This document shows positions 49,458-58,171 of a stretch of DNA of 64,000 nucleotides, piece by piece (position 1 is the stretch's first letter; the number at the start of each line of letters is the position of its first letter). The stretch is from an uncultured Gammaproteobacteria bacterium. GTDB taxonomy: Bacteria > Patescibacteriota > Microgenomatia > Levybacterales > UBA12049. The stretch is taken from positions 2,803-66,802 of the forward strand of contig CAZERI010000001.1 of NCBI GenBank assembly GCA_964515545.1, written 5' to 3'. Position numbers and translations under genes: made by a program. The notes beneath the pieces were generated by a model. It made no database searches. It saw only the letters and a list, made by a program, of their open reading frames with translations, and was not told the origin of the DNA.

Positions 49458-50771
49458 TTACTGACTAAATTTTACGCCTCTTCCTTTAAGAGTATGGAGA
49501 AAATGAGGATGAGTGGGGTTACTTTCTATTTTTCTTCTTAGTCTAAAAAGAAGCTGATCTATCGCCTGATCTGAAATCCCTTCACTTGATTTATCTTCTT
49601 TCCAAACGATATGGATGATAGTCTCTCTGTCTACTACCTCTCCGACGTGCTGGAGCAGATAACGGAAAAGTCTAAATTCCCCCTTCGTTAGATCATCTGA
49701 GAACACTACCTCTCCCCGCTTAATGGTATTGGTAGCCTCATCATAGACGAACTTAGCCTGATTTTGGCTGAATAGCCCTGCCTCTATGGCATCTTTAAAA
49801 AGAGGGAGGCAAAGCGTATTAGCCTTTACAAGACCTACTGCTTCTAAGTAAGGATTAGTACTAAAATCACCAGCCATGATGCTGGCCTGCTCCGAAGGAC
49901 TTAATTCCTGCCAAAGACTGATAAGTGCTGTCTGAAGTGTTTTTTGATTGAGTAAGAATTTAGATATATTATCCGGCATCTCCGAAAGGGTGATGAGTGC
50001 TTCAAGCGAAACAATTAAAAGCCTCATATGTCCTCCTGTTACATATATCAACTCTTCCTTTACTCGCTGGGGAACTTTCTTACCCACTAACTTCTCCAGA
50101 TAGCTAATCCGAAATTCACTACTCTCTCTGTCTAGTAGCGGAAGATAAATAGTATGTCCTACTACAAAGTCACTAAAAATAGATATGATCTGTGGTTCAA
50201 GCGTCTCCTCAAGTGGTCTTGCAACTGAAAAAATAGCTGCAAAACGATACTTAGCCTTATCTTGAAGTGAGCGGAGGAGGATAAAAAAACGGTCATTTAC
50301 CTGAGGAATATAATCATCGAAATTCTGGCAGAGAAAAATTACTGTTAACTTTTTTTCAATTGCCAAATACTCAATCGTATTTTTGAGATACTGAGCATAG
50401 ACCAGCTCATCGTTATAGGAAAGAGCATCTTTGAAAAGAGCGTCTGTTTTTTCATATTCTTCACTCATCTCCCGCTCGCGAAGAGAATTTAAAAGACACA
50501 AAAAAATATACTTCAAGATATCAGGATATGATCTTTGTCTTACTTCAGAAAAGTTAATCATGACAAAATGGACGATGCCATGATATTTAGGGAAATGCCT
50601 CAGCCTTACTGCCTTGTTATAAGCCAAAAGTCCTAATATATTTGATCTTCCCACCCCAGGCAGGCCAATGAGTTGAGAGGAATTCCCTTCTTTAATAAAG
50701 CTAACTGTCTTTTCAAGTTCGTTATCCCAGCTTTCCTCAGGATAAAGTGACTCGAAGTATTTTACTTCCAT
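49458..50771 (-). CDS. one-component regulator: N-terminal STAND/AAA-like P-loop NTPase fused to C-terminal OmpR/PhoB-type winged-helix DNA-binding domain
   Basis: P-loop IGLPGVGRSNILGLL. C-terminus LTKGEFRLFRYLLQHVGEVVDRETIIHIVWK...DQLLFRLRRKIE...LHTLKGRGVKF matches Trans_reg_C. Confidence 0.7.
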   Translation of the reverse strand: MEVKYFESLYPEESWDNELEKTVSFIKEGNSSQLIGLPGVGRSNILGLLAYNKAVRLRHFPKYHGIVHFVMINFSEVRQRSYPDILKYIFLCLLNSLREREMSEEYEKTDALFKDALSYNDELVYAQYLKNTIEYLAIEKKLTVIFLCQNFDDYIPQVNDRFFILLRSLQDKAKYRFAAIFSVARPLEETLEPQIISIFSDFVVGHTIYLPLLDRESSEFRISYLEKLVGKKVPQRVKEELIYVTGGHMRLLIVSLEALITLSEMPDNISKFLLNQKTLQTALISLWQELSPSEQASIMAGDFSTNPYLEAVGLVKANTLCLPLFKDAIEAGLFSQNQAKFVYDEATNTIKRGEVVFSDDLTKGEFRLFRYLLQHVGEVVDRETIIHIVWKEDKSSEGISDQAIDQLLFRLRRKIESNPTHPHFLHTLKGRGVKFSQ

Positions 50772-50849
50772 ACATAACTATTGTATGGCATCCTCCTAGG
50801 ATGTTCAAACCAACTTGCAAAGTAATCTCAAGCTATCTACTATGAATAT

Positions 50850-52760
50850 ATGCGCAAAGTTCTACTTTTATTGGTCTCCCTTTTCTTTAGCATTATTTAT
50901 CTTACTAACTCTACTATTGCAGAAGCAGATTCAGTCACAGTAGGCGACAATGCTACACTCACGTCGACCTTCCCCCTGTTTGATAATAATAAGGTTGTCA
51001 GCGACGTAGAGTTTGTCATAAATACATCATCTGACGGTAGTGGTACAGATCTTGACACAATCCGTTATCTTATTGGTGGAGATGGTTGTAAATTGCAGAA
51101 TTCAGAAACTCAAAATTTTAGCAATCTCAAATGCTATTTTAATAAAAGATACGCTCCTGATACCCAAGTTACGATTCAGCAAGATTTCCAAACAGGCTCA
51201 CTAACCCCCGACTCCTTCCCTACAACCTATTATTATTTTGTACGCAAGACAAATGGAGGACCTTATAGCCAAGTCATACCTCTAACCCTTAATCAACCTT
51301 CCGATGTTGCAAAAATCAACCTATCTGCATCAGGAGCTGTATGGGGCAAAAAGGGAACAATTACTCTAGGCAATCTCCCTAAGGCATTTTCTCAACAAAA
51401 AGCTACTATTACTATCCACCGAAACGCTGGCGGAATGGATGATAAGCACTTCTCAGTATTTGTCAACGGCGATAAGGAGAAGAGCAAGGCTATCTGCTCC
51501 AGTCCTTCAGGAGATGACATCTTTGCCTTTAATGATAAAGACTGTTCAGACGGTAAGTTTGTTGTTGATGTCAATTATCTGGTCTCTGTATTCCCACAGC
51601 CCGCAACAGTAGTTAATATCCCTGTTCCTCAAGCATCACTTCAGGATACCTATACACTCTCTCTTGCAGGACCTAATACTGCATCTACTACTCTCGTTGT
51701 ATTATATAGTCCAACTGGTGTAACTCTGGAGGCTAGTCAAACTTCGGTGACTACTGGGACAAAAGTTTCATTTACCGCAAGTGGTTGCCCTGATGGATCA
51801 AAGATTGATTTTGCTTATGGATCTGATACCTCAACAAAAGATGTCAAAGATGGTAAGGCAACTTTTGAAAAGACATTGGAGGGACAAGGCGGTGAAGCTT
51901 TTTCAGTTACTGCTACCTGCCAGGCAACCGGCAGAAGGTCAAATACTGTCTCTGTAACAATAGATAAGCCAGGTGAGGAAAGAACAGAAATTGATCCTCC
52001 TCTTCCTATCGCTGCTGATACCCCCTTCACCATCATTGTTCATGGTATGGAAAGTGATGGGCAATGCTACTTTATCGAAATAAAAGATGTGAACGCTGAT
52101 AAATATCTTGATCCTGGAAATAGGGACGCTCTCCTGGGGGGGGATTGTAGTAGTGGAGTAGATGATGGAGGCAAAAATCCCGCTTCAGTCACTCTCGGAG
52201 GGACAGCTCACCATACTGAGCAATTATATGACCTCTTTAAGTCCAATAATGATACTTATACTGTAACTTTTGATAAAGGTCTCCCTGATGGGGCATATCA
52301 ATTCAGACTTTATACATCCAACAAAGGGACCAGCCCCTGCTGGCCATATGACTGCCGAAATGAGGCTGATGACCCTCATCACTCTGCCGACCTTGATTTT
52401 ATTATTGGGAATGGGGAGTTTACAGCAATTGCTGCTCCCTCTCCTGCTTGCGGAGAGACCAACGACGTCGGAGAATGTACCTCTGTAAATACGGCTATCG
52501 GCCCGCTCCCAATCCAACTCTCAGAATTTACTAAGACTATTTTTTCTGTCCTTCTTAGTATCTCAGGCATTATCATACTCTACATTGTCATTCGTTCTGG
52601 CTATATCCTCCTCTTCTCCCAAGGAAATGCTGAGAAAGTAAAAGAAGCGCAAGATAGACTAACCTCTGCTGTTGTTGGCCTCCTCTTTCTCATCTTCTCC
52701 CTCATTGTCCTCCAGACTATAGGTGTTGATATACTCCATATACCTGGATTCGGCGCATGA
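50850..52760 (+). CDS. large secreted protein with C-terminal VirB2/TrbC-like pilin domain (pilin-fused adhesin/minor pilin candidate)
   Basis: Signal peptide. About 540-aa extracellular Cys-containing region. The C-terminus TIFSVLLSISGIIILYIVIRSGYILLFSQGNAEKVKEAQDRLTSAVVGLLFLIFSLIVLQTIG is homologous to the downstream pilin paralogs. Confidence 0.65.
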   Translation: MRKVLLLLVSLFFSIIYLTNSTIAEADSVTVGDNATLTSTFPLFDNNKVVSDVEFVINTSSDGSGTDLDTIRYLIGGDGCKLQNSETQNFSNLKCYFNKRYAPDTQVTIQQDFQTGSLTPDSFPTTYYYFVRKTNGGPYSQVIPLTLNQPSDVAKINLSASGAVWGKKGTITLGNLPKAFSQQKATITIHRNAGGMDDKHFSVFVNGDKEKSKAICSSPSGDDIFAFNDKDCSDGKFVVDVNYLVSVFPQPATVVNIPVPQASLQDTYTLSLAGPNTASTTLVVLYSPTGVTLEASQTSVTTGTKVSFTASGCPDGSKIDFAYGSDTSTKDVKDGKATFEKTLEGQGGEAFSVTATCQATGRRSNTVSVTIDKPGEERTEIDPPLPIAADTPFTIIVHGMESDGQCYFIEIKDVNADKYLDPGNRDALLGGDCSSGVDDGGKNPASVTLGGTAHHTEQLYDLFKSNNDTYTVTFDKGLPDGAYQFRLYTSNKGTSPCWPYDCRNEADDPHHSADLDFIIGNGEFTAIAAPSPACGETNDVGECTSVNTAIGPLPIQLSEFTKTIFSVLLSISGIIILYIVIRSGYILLFSQGNAEKVKEAQDRLTSAVVGLLFLIFSLIVLQTIGVDILHIPGFGA

Positions 52761-53086
52761 AAGACTTACTAGCACTTACTATTGGGACTACCCCTATTGA
52801 GGCCCCTAATGGAATCCCTACAGGAGGCCTGCCAAAAGCCTATGATATCGGCTCAAGTATCCTTCTGCTTATCTTTGTCGTTGCCATCCTCCTAGCCCTT
52901 GCTTTTATCATCTGGGGGAGTATCAGATGGATTATGTCAGGAGGAGATAAAACCAAAGTTCAAAGCGCCCGCAATACGCTTATTTATGCTGTGGTAGGGC
53001 TTATTTTTATTTTCCTTTCTTTCCTTATCATCAACCTCATCACGTACTTCTTCAACGTTCCTTCTGTCACTACTTTACCCCAGTAA
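52757..53086 (+). CDS. VirB2/TrbC-like T4SS pilin paralog 1
   Basis: Two hydrophobic helices separated by IWGSIRWIMSGGDKTKVQSARNTLIYAVVGL. Overlaps the upstream stop. Confidence 0.6.
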   Translation: MKDLLALTIGTTPIEAPNGIPTGGLPKAYDIGSSILLLIFVVAILLALAFIIWGSIRWIMSGGDKTKVQSARNTLIYAVVGLIFIFLSFLIINLITYFFNVPSVTTLPQ

Positions 53087-53131
53087 ATTTGCCTATTGAC
53101 AACTCTTTTAGACTCTGCCTAATATAGATAT

Positions 53132-53551
53132 ATGTTAAACAAATTGAAATCTACCACAGGTCTTACAGCTCTTGCTTTTGCTGCTTCTACTGCTGTGCCG
53201 ATGCTTGCTTCTGCAGCTACATATGATCTTTGTCCTAGAAAATCAGGCGGAGACTTTAGTGTACTCTGTAATCTTAACTTTAACGGTACGTTTGGCAATA
53301 TCATCACTATTGTCTTTATCGTTGCTATTATCCTCGCTCTTGCTTATCTTATCTGGGGTGGTATCAAATGGGTCCTCTCAGGTGGTGACAAAGCTAAAGT
53401 GGATGCTGCCCGTCAGGCAATCGTCGCTGCTATTGTAGGGCTTGTAATCGTCTTTTTGGCCTACTTTATCATTAATATCGTTGTCCCTATCTTTGTCCCT
53501 AATTTTAGCCTACAAACCCTTTCTCTCCCTACTATCAACCAGCAGCAGTAA
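53132..53551 (+). CDS. VirB2/TrbC-like T4SS pilin paralog 2
   Basis: Signal peptide (AVPMLASAAT), then IITIVFIVAIILALAYLIWGGIKWVLSGGDKAKVDAARQAIVAAIVGLVIVFLAYFIINIVV. Confidence 0.65.
   Translation: MLNKLKSTTGLTALAFAASTAVPMLASAATYDLCPRKSGGDFSVLCNLNFNGTFGNIITIVFIVAIILALAYLIWGGIKWVLSGGDKAKVDAARQAIVAAIVGLVIVFLAYFIINIVVPIFVPNFSLQTLSLPTINQQQ
53287..53436. repeat. 150-bp tract identical to 54134..54283 (pilin core, copy A)
   Basis: Read directly: TACGTTTGGCAATATCATCACTATTGTC...GCAATCGTCGCTGCTATTGT is identical in both copies. Flanks are diverged, about 85 percent downstream and unrelated upstream. Confidence 0.9.
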
Positions 53552-53606
53552 TCTTCTGAGAAATCTTTTGTCTTGTTATTCTTTTTGTATTTGTTACTAT
53601 TAATAT

Positions 53607-53933
53607 ATGTTTCATGATTGGGAAGGCTGTCTAGCAGGGCCTGACAATACAATTCCTACTATCCAGTGTGTTTTCCCTCTTTTTCAAAACATCGTTTCAG
53701 CTGCTTTGCTATTAGGAGGAGTAACTGCGCTTATTTTCCTTATCTGGGGTGGATTCAAGCTTCTGAGATCCCAAGGCGACCAAAAGCAAGTCCAGGGAGC
53801 CCGCCAGACGATAACCTATGCTCTTATTGGGCTTATCCTTATCTTCCTCTCATTCTTTATCATAAATACCATAGCCACTCTTACTGGCTTTGAATGTATA
53901 AAGACACTAAGTAGCTTCCAGGACTGTAAATAA
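53607..53933 (+). CDS. VirB2/TrbC-like T4SS pilin paralog 3
   Basis: LLLGGVTALIFLIWGGFKLLRSQGDQKQVQGARQTITYALIGLILIFLSFFIINTI. Confidence 0.6.
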   Translation: MFHDWEGCLAGPDNTIPTIQCVFPLFQNIVSAALLLGGVTALIFLIWGGFKLLRSQGDQKQVQGARQTITYALIGLILIFLSFFIINTIATLTGFECIKTLSSFQDCK

Positions 53934-53945
53934 GAGCTAGGTTAC

Positions 53946-54473
53946 TTGACAAGCCCCTCTGCCTCCACCTATCATGGACTCATGCTTAAGAAAGCATTAT
54001 CCTTTATTGGATTCTCCGGCTTTATTGGTATCCTTTCTGGCATACTGCCTCTGCCTGCTCTAGCTGGGATTTGTCCTACCAGTACTGGAGGGGCGAACTT
54101 TAGCGGACTTTGTAACCTCAGTTTCTCTGGTAATACGTTTGGCAATATCATCACTATTGTCTTTATCGTTGCTATTATCCTCGCTCTTGCTTATCTTATC
54201 TGGGGTGGTATCAAATGGGTCCTCTCAGGTGGTGACAAAGCTAAAGTGGATGCTGCCCGTCAGGCAATCGTCGCTGCTATTGTGGGGCTTATCTTTGTTT
54301 TCCTGTCCTACTTTATCATCAATATCGTTGTGCCTATCTTTGTCCCTGGCTTCTCCCTGCAAAAGCTTTCCTTGCCAACTATTAATGGGGACGGCGGAGA
54401 CCATAGTAGCGATCCACTTGAATGTTCAAGGGCCGGAGGATCTTGGGACTCATCTACAAATACCTGTAACTAA
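53946..54473 (+). CDS. VirB2/TrbC-like T4SS pilin paralog 4 with extra C-terminal Cys-containing extension
   Basis: The core is identical at protein and DNA level to paralog 2. Unique N-terminal region and C-terminal tail DGGDHSSDPLECSRAGGSWDSSTNTCN. Confidence 0.65.
   Translation: MTSPSASTYHGLMLKKALSFIGFSGFIGILSGILPLPALAGICPTSTGGANFSGLCNLSFSGNTFGNIITIVFIVAIILALAYLIWGGIKWVLSGGDKAKVDAARQAIVAAIVGLIFVFLSYFIINIVVPIFVPGFSLQKLSLPTINGDGGDHSSDPLECSRAGGSWDSSTNTCN
54134..54283. repeat. 150-bp tract identical to 53287..53436 (pilin core, copy B)
   Basis: Same as above. Even the spurious antisense/alternate-frame ORFs (53172.. and 54139..) share identical peptides. Confidence 0.9.
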
Positions 54474-54486
54474 TATCTTCCATAGC

Positions 54487-54855
54487 TTAGCTATTAGCTA
54501 CCTGCTTTTCAGTCATTACCTGCTGTAATTGTCCACGAATACTTGAAAGATTAGTCTGAGGATCTCCTATCACTGTGTGCTCCAACTTCTCCATTTCCAT
54601 CTTTGTCTGCTCTTTTATAGTTTTATAAAAGGCTTCATCGACATTCGTCTCAGGAGGAAGCTTGTCTATAGCCATCTGCACATTGCGTTGATAGTGAAGT
54701 GAGAAAATCGAGTCATAAAGACCTCGGATAATTGCCTCAATGGCTGCTGATCGTTCCAGGTCAAGGGTAGGCAGTACTCTCAGGAGATCTGCCTTATAAA
54801 GGGTATCAAAAGGAAGTGTCTTGATGATATCTTCGAGCTTGAGATTGCTATCCAT
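54487..54855 (-). CDS. small cytoplasmic protein, member of a local two-gene paralog pair, unknown function
   Basis: 122 aa. IIKTLPFDTLYKADLL...IRGLYDSIFSLHYQRNVQMAIDK is paralogous to the next gene. Confidence 0.5.
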   Translation of the reverse strand: MDSNLKLEDIIKTLPFDTLYKADLLRVLPTLDLERSAAIEAIIRGLYDSIFSLHYQRNVQMAIDKLPPETNVDEAFYKTIKEQTKMEMEKLEHTVIGDPQTNLSSIRGQLQQVMTEKQVANS

Positions 54856-54876
54856 ATATTTATCCAGCTGTGGAGA

Positions 54877-55236
54877 TTAGTGAGTAGCTGGAGACTTTTT
54901 TTGCAAAATTTGATCTATCTTAGATCTAGCATCAGATAAATCTACTGAGATAGTAGTATCTACAAATTCGCTAAGCAGATCCTGCTCTGTCTTCTCTTTA
55001 ACTTTTTTATAGAAATCTTTTGTTAAAGGGTTGTCTTTATCATTACTCTTCTCCATTTCAAGACGAATATTCTCTTGGAGTTTTAGCTCATATAATCCAT
55101 CATATAAGTCCCAAATAACGCGCTCTATTGAGAACTTCTGATCAGGATCAAGATTATCAAATGAACCCATCAGGCTTTCCTTAAATTCATTATCAAAAGG
55201 GAGAATCTTTATAATATTTTTAGTCGTTAATTCCAT
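54877..55236 (-). CDS. small cytoplasmic protein, paralog of 54487..54855
   Basis: MELTTKNIIKILPFDNEFKESL...VIWDLYDGLYELKLQENIRLEMEK. Start 2 nt after the stop of the 972-aa gene (coupled). Confidence 0.5.
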   Translation of the reverse strand: MELTTKNIIKILPFDNEFKESLMGSFDNLDPDQKFSIERVIWDLYDGLYELKLQENIRLEMEKSNDKDNPLTKDFYKKVKEKTEQDLLSEFVDTTISVDLSDARSKIDQILQKKSPATH

Positions 55237-55237
55237 A

Positions 55238-58156
55238 TTACGATAAAGCCAGCGCCTCCTCCTGCAATCTATCCATAATAGCAGCAAATCCTACGCGAAG
55301 ATGCCTTCGATCAAGTGTTCCTCTTTCTATTCGTGTATTCATCTCTGTAAAGACAGCAGGCAGACTATTTCTAACACCTAAGTTGAGGCTCTGATTTAAT
55401 AACCGAGCCAGCTTATCTGGAGGTAACACTGTCGATATCTGACTGAAGTACTCACTTCTATTTCGATCTGAACGGCTGCGGTAATCAAAGAAAAGATCCA
55501 TGAGTTCAAAATATCCCTTTGGGGGATGCTTCTTATCAACCAGGTCTTGCTCGCTTTGTGAAAGTATTGCCCTATCAGCTGCTGCATATCGGGCAAGGTT
55601 GGTAACTTTATCTCTTGCTGCTGCCTCATGGGTGATCTCCTGAGAGGCGATAAAGAGTGACTCCTGTCTCTCAATCATGTCAAGAGAAAGCTGGAGCTGT
55701 ACCTTCTCAGCACTCAGAGTAGGTGCAAGATCTTTAGCTTTAGTATCTATTGCTTCTATCTGCTTATCATCATCTTTAATTCCTTCTTCAAGTCCTGCCC
55801 GATACCTATTGCGAAGCATCCGAGCTGCTTCTGGTTTAGCAAGAGCCAGCTCAGCCCTTACGTCACTTCCCCTTCTAGCCAATCTTGCTCTTAATACAGC
55901 ATAGGCTGCATCCGTAGAAAGAATATGAATAAGCTCGGCATCTGACTTTGTATTAAGCAGATCATCTAACGTAATCCGTAATCCTGCCACAATCTCGGCT
56001 AAAGCCAGGCGCTGATCTCTGGGACTTGGGTCAACTATCTCCTCCCGTCTTGCCTTAAGCTCAGACTTAGCCTGAATTATCATCTTTCGGAGAGCAGCCT
56101 TCTCATCAGGTGTGCTGTTAGGAAAAGAATATGGTGGAGCTACAGCCATAATGATGAGCTGATCAACAGTCTGTGATTCTAAAAGGGCATCAGTAATCGT
56201 CGCACCTGTCGTCCGGCGCAAAGTCTCATAGGATAGACGAGTGGCTACAAGCTCTTTAGGAGCTTGCACCAGGAGTTCTCTCTGAGCCTCCTCAAATGTT
56301 TTGGTTGTATCTCTAAAGGTATCATCTAGCCCCTGTAACCCCTCTCTTTTACTCTTAAGCTCGGCTATCTCTTCCTCGAGCCTCCGTATCTCATCTCCAT
56401 ACACTGAGTTGGCATGATCAGCAGCTTCTTGCTTTATATCGTTTTGTATGTCAGGAGTCAGTTTGTCAGAAGGACCAAGAGCCGCTCTTGTAGCAGCTAG
56501 ACGTCGTGTCCGCTCAGCCTCAAGTTCCCGGTTGTAGTTATTTTTTGCAGTCTCTAACTCGACTTCTTTTCCTGTATTAGGAGTAGCTGTTCTATCTCTT
56601 AATGAGGTATTAATTGTCGTTATTTCGACAGTTACAGCTGCATTGACCTGTCCACTGGTGGGATTAGGTGGAATGGTGGTAAGTCCATAGGGAGGCTTCT
56701 CCAATTTATCAACCGTCTCCTTCAAAGTCTTTAATGCTTCGTCGCTAGCTTTAAACCGATCAAGCTCTGCCTGCCTTCCATCTCTCTCGCCTGCCAGAGT
56801 CTGCCTCCGCTCATTCTCCTGCTTCATCCTCCGCTCAAGTACACGTGAGGCATCCCCATTATATTCACTCAGTCTAGTCCTCAAAGTAGCTACCGGACGA
56901 TCTTTGGATCTGGTTTTTATATCCGCTTCATTTCTAATATTCTCCTTGGCATATTTCGTCATTACTTTAGATCGAGCTTTAGTCATCCGATCCTGATTCT
57001 CTGCAAGAGTATGAGCAGCTGGATCATACCCGCCTTCATAATACGCATCGATGATATCTTTACCTACCAGCGAAGAGGATTGTTCAAATCCGCCCAGTGT
57101 TGTATTCTCAAAAAGATTTAACTCAGGCATGGTGTCTAATCGGTCTTCCGGTACGCCTAAGTCTTTGTATAAATCTCTGCGGAGTTCTAATGCCTGGAGT
57201 CCTTCATCTCTCAAGCGACTCACATACTGTTTATCTCCGTTGGGTTCCACTGTTTGATTCGCTACATCGACATTAAACTTAGTAAGATCGATGTTATACA
57301 TGATCTTGAAGTACTCTACCTCATCGGCATTAGTCTGAAGAGCAGCTAAGGCATCAACTGATCTTTTAATCTCAAGGGTCTTACCCGTCCTAAATAACTT
57401 TCCTGTCTCATTACCTCCAACCAACCCTGCAACTCCTGCAGCAAAACCCACTCCTCCTCCTACTACAAAACCACGGAGTCCATCAGCTTTTCCCCCAATA
57501 TCTGCTCCAGCCATCGCAGAGCCAGCTAATGTTCCCACCACTGCTCGGAATTTACCCAAATGCTCTTCTGGCCCAATTTCATGCAGCTTCGGTCGAAGAG
57601 TGCCATGCCAAGCGCGGTTAGCAGCCCCTTGCCCCTGATCTTTTCCCTGCCTGTATACTCCTGGATCAACGACGTCATCTCGCTCCCCAGGTCTATTCGT
57701 TGTAGCATATGCTCCTACGACTTGCAGCTTACGACTACCAAGCTGCTGCAAAAGACCATCCGCAAATTTGAGACCGTTGGTACTGCCTAAGAAATCAGCT
57801 ATTTTTGCTGCACGCACATCAGCATTTTCATCACCCATCAGAATCCAGGCTTGTCTTTCCTCCTCATGCCCGGGGATATCTAAAAGAGCAGGATTTTTTT
57901 CCTGAACCCTCGCTAAATTATCCATGTACTGATCAAGTTGCTTTCGTAGTCTTTGAATGACAACTTCACTTATTTCCGAGTATTCCGATTTTGTAAGATT
58001 ATCTTTACCAGTTAGCTTTTTCTTATCCAGCTCATTGCCAGGATTATCCTCAAAAAGGAAAGCATCACGACGAACTGAGATAGTCTGTCCCTCCGCGACA
58101 TTTTTGCCAGCGGGACGACTAGGTTGTGCTGTTTCTAGATGACCTAAATCAGCCAT
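55238..58156 (-). CDS. giant (972 aa) coiled-coil-rich protein with internal Gly-rich hydrophobic segment, unknown function
   Basis: Long E/R/K/L/A-rich helical regions. GLRGFVVGGGVGFAAGVAGLVGG segment. No recognised catalytic motif. Confidence 0.65.
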   Translation of the reverse strand: MADLGHLETAQPSRPAGKNVAEGQTISVRRDAFLFEDNPGNELDKKKLTGKDNLTKSEYSEISEVVIQRLRKQLDQYMDNLARVQEKNPALLDIPGHEEERQAWILMGDENADVRAAKIADFLGSTNGLKFADGLLQQLGSRKLQVVGAYATTNRPGERDDVVDPGVYRQGKDQGQGAANRAWHGTLRPKLHEIGPEEHLGKFRAVVGTLAGSAMAGADIGGKADGLRGFVVGGGVGFAAGVAGLVGGNETGKLFRTGKTLEIKRSVDALAALQTNADEVEYFKIMYNIDLTKFNVDVANQTVEPNGDKQYVSRLRDEGLQALELRRDLYKDLGVPEDRLDTMPELNLFENTTLGGFEQSSSLVGKDIIDAYYEGGYDPAAHTLAENQDRMTKARSKVMTKYAKENIRNEADIKTRSKDRPVATLRTRLSEYNGDASRVLERRMKQENERRQTLAGERDGRQAELDRFKASDEALKTLKETVDKLEKPPYGLTTIPPNPTSGQVNAAVTVEITTINTSLRDRTATPNTGKEVELETAKNNYNRELEAERTRRLAATRAALGPSDKLTPDIQNDIKQEAADHANSVYGDEIRRLEEEIAELKSKREGLQGLDDTFRDTTKTFEEAQRELLVQAPKELVATRLSYETLRRTTGATITDALLESQTVDQLIIMAVAPPYSFPNSTPDEKAALRKMIIQAKSELKARREEIVDPSPRDQRLALAEIVAGLRITLDDLLNTKSDAELIHILSTDAAYAVLRARLARRGSDVRAELALAKPEAARMLRNRYRAGLEEGIKDDDKQIEAIDTKAKDLAPTLSAEKVQLQLSLDMIERQESLFIASQEITHEAAARDKVTNLARYAAADRAILSQSEQDLVDKKHPPKGYFELMDLFFDYRSRSDRNRSEYFSQISTVLPPDKLARLLNQSLNLGVRNSLPAVFTEMNTRIERGTLDRRHLRVGFAAIMDRLQEEALALS

Positions 58157-58171
58157 ATAGTATCAGCATAG

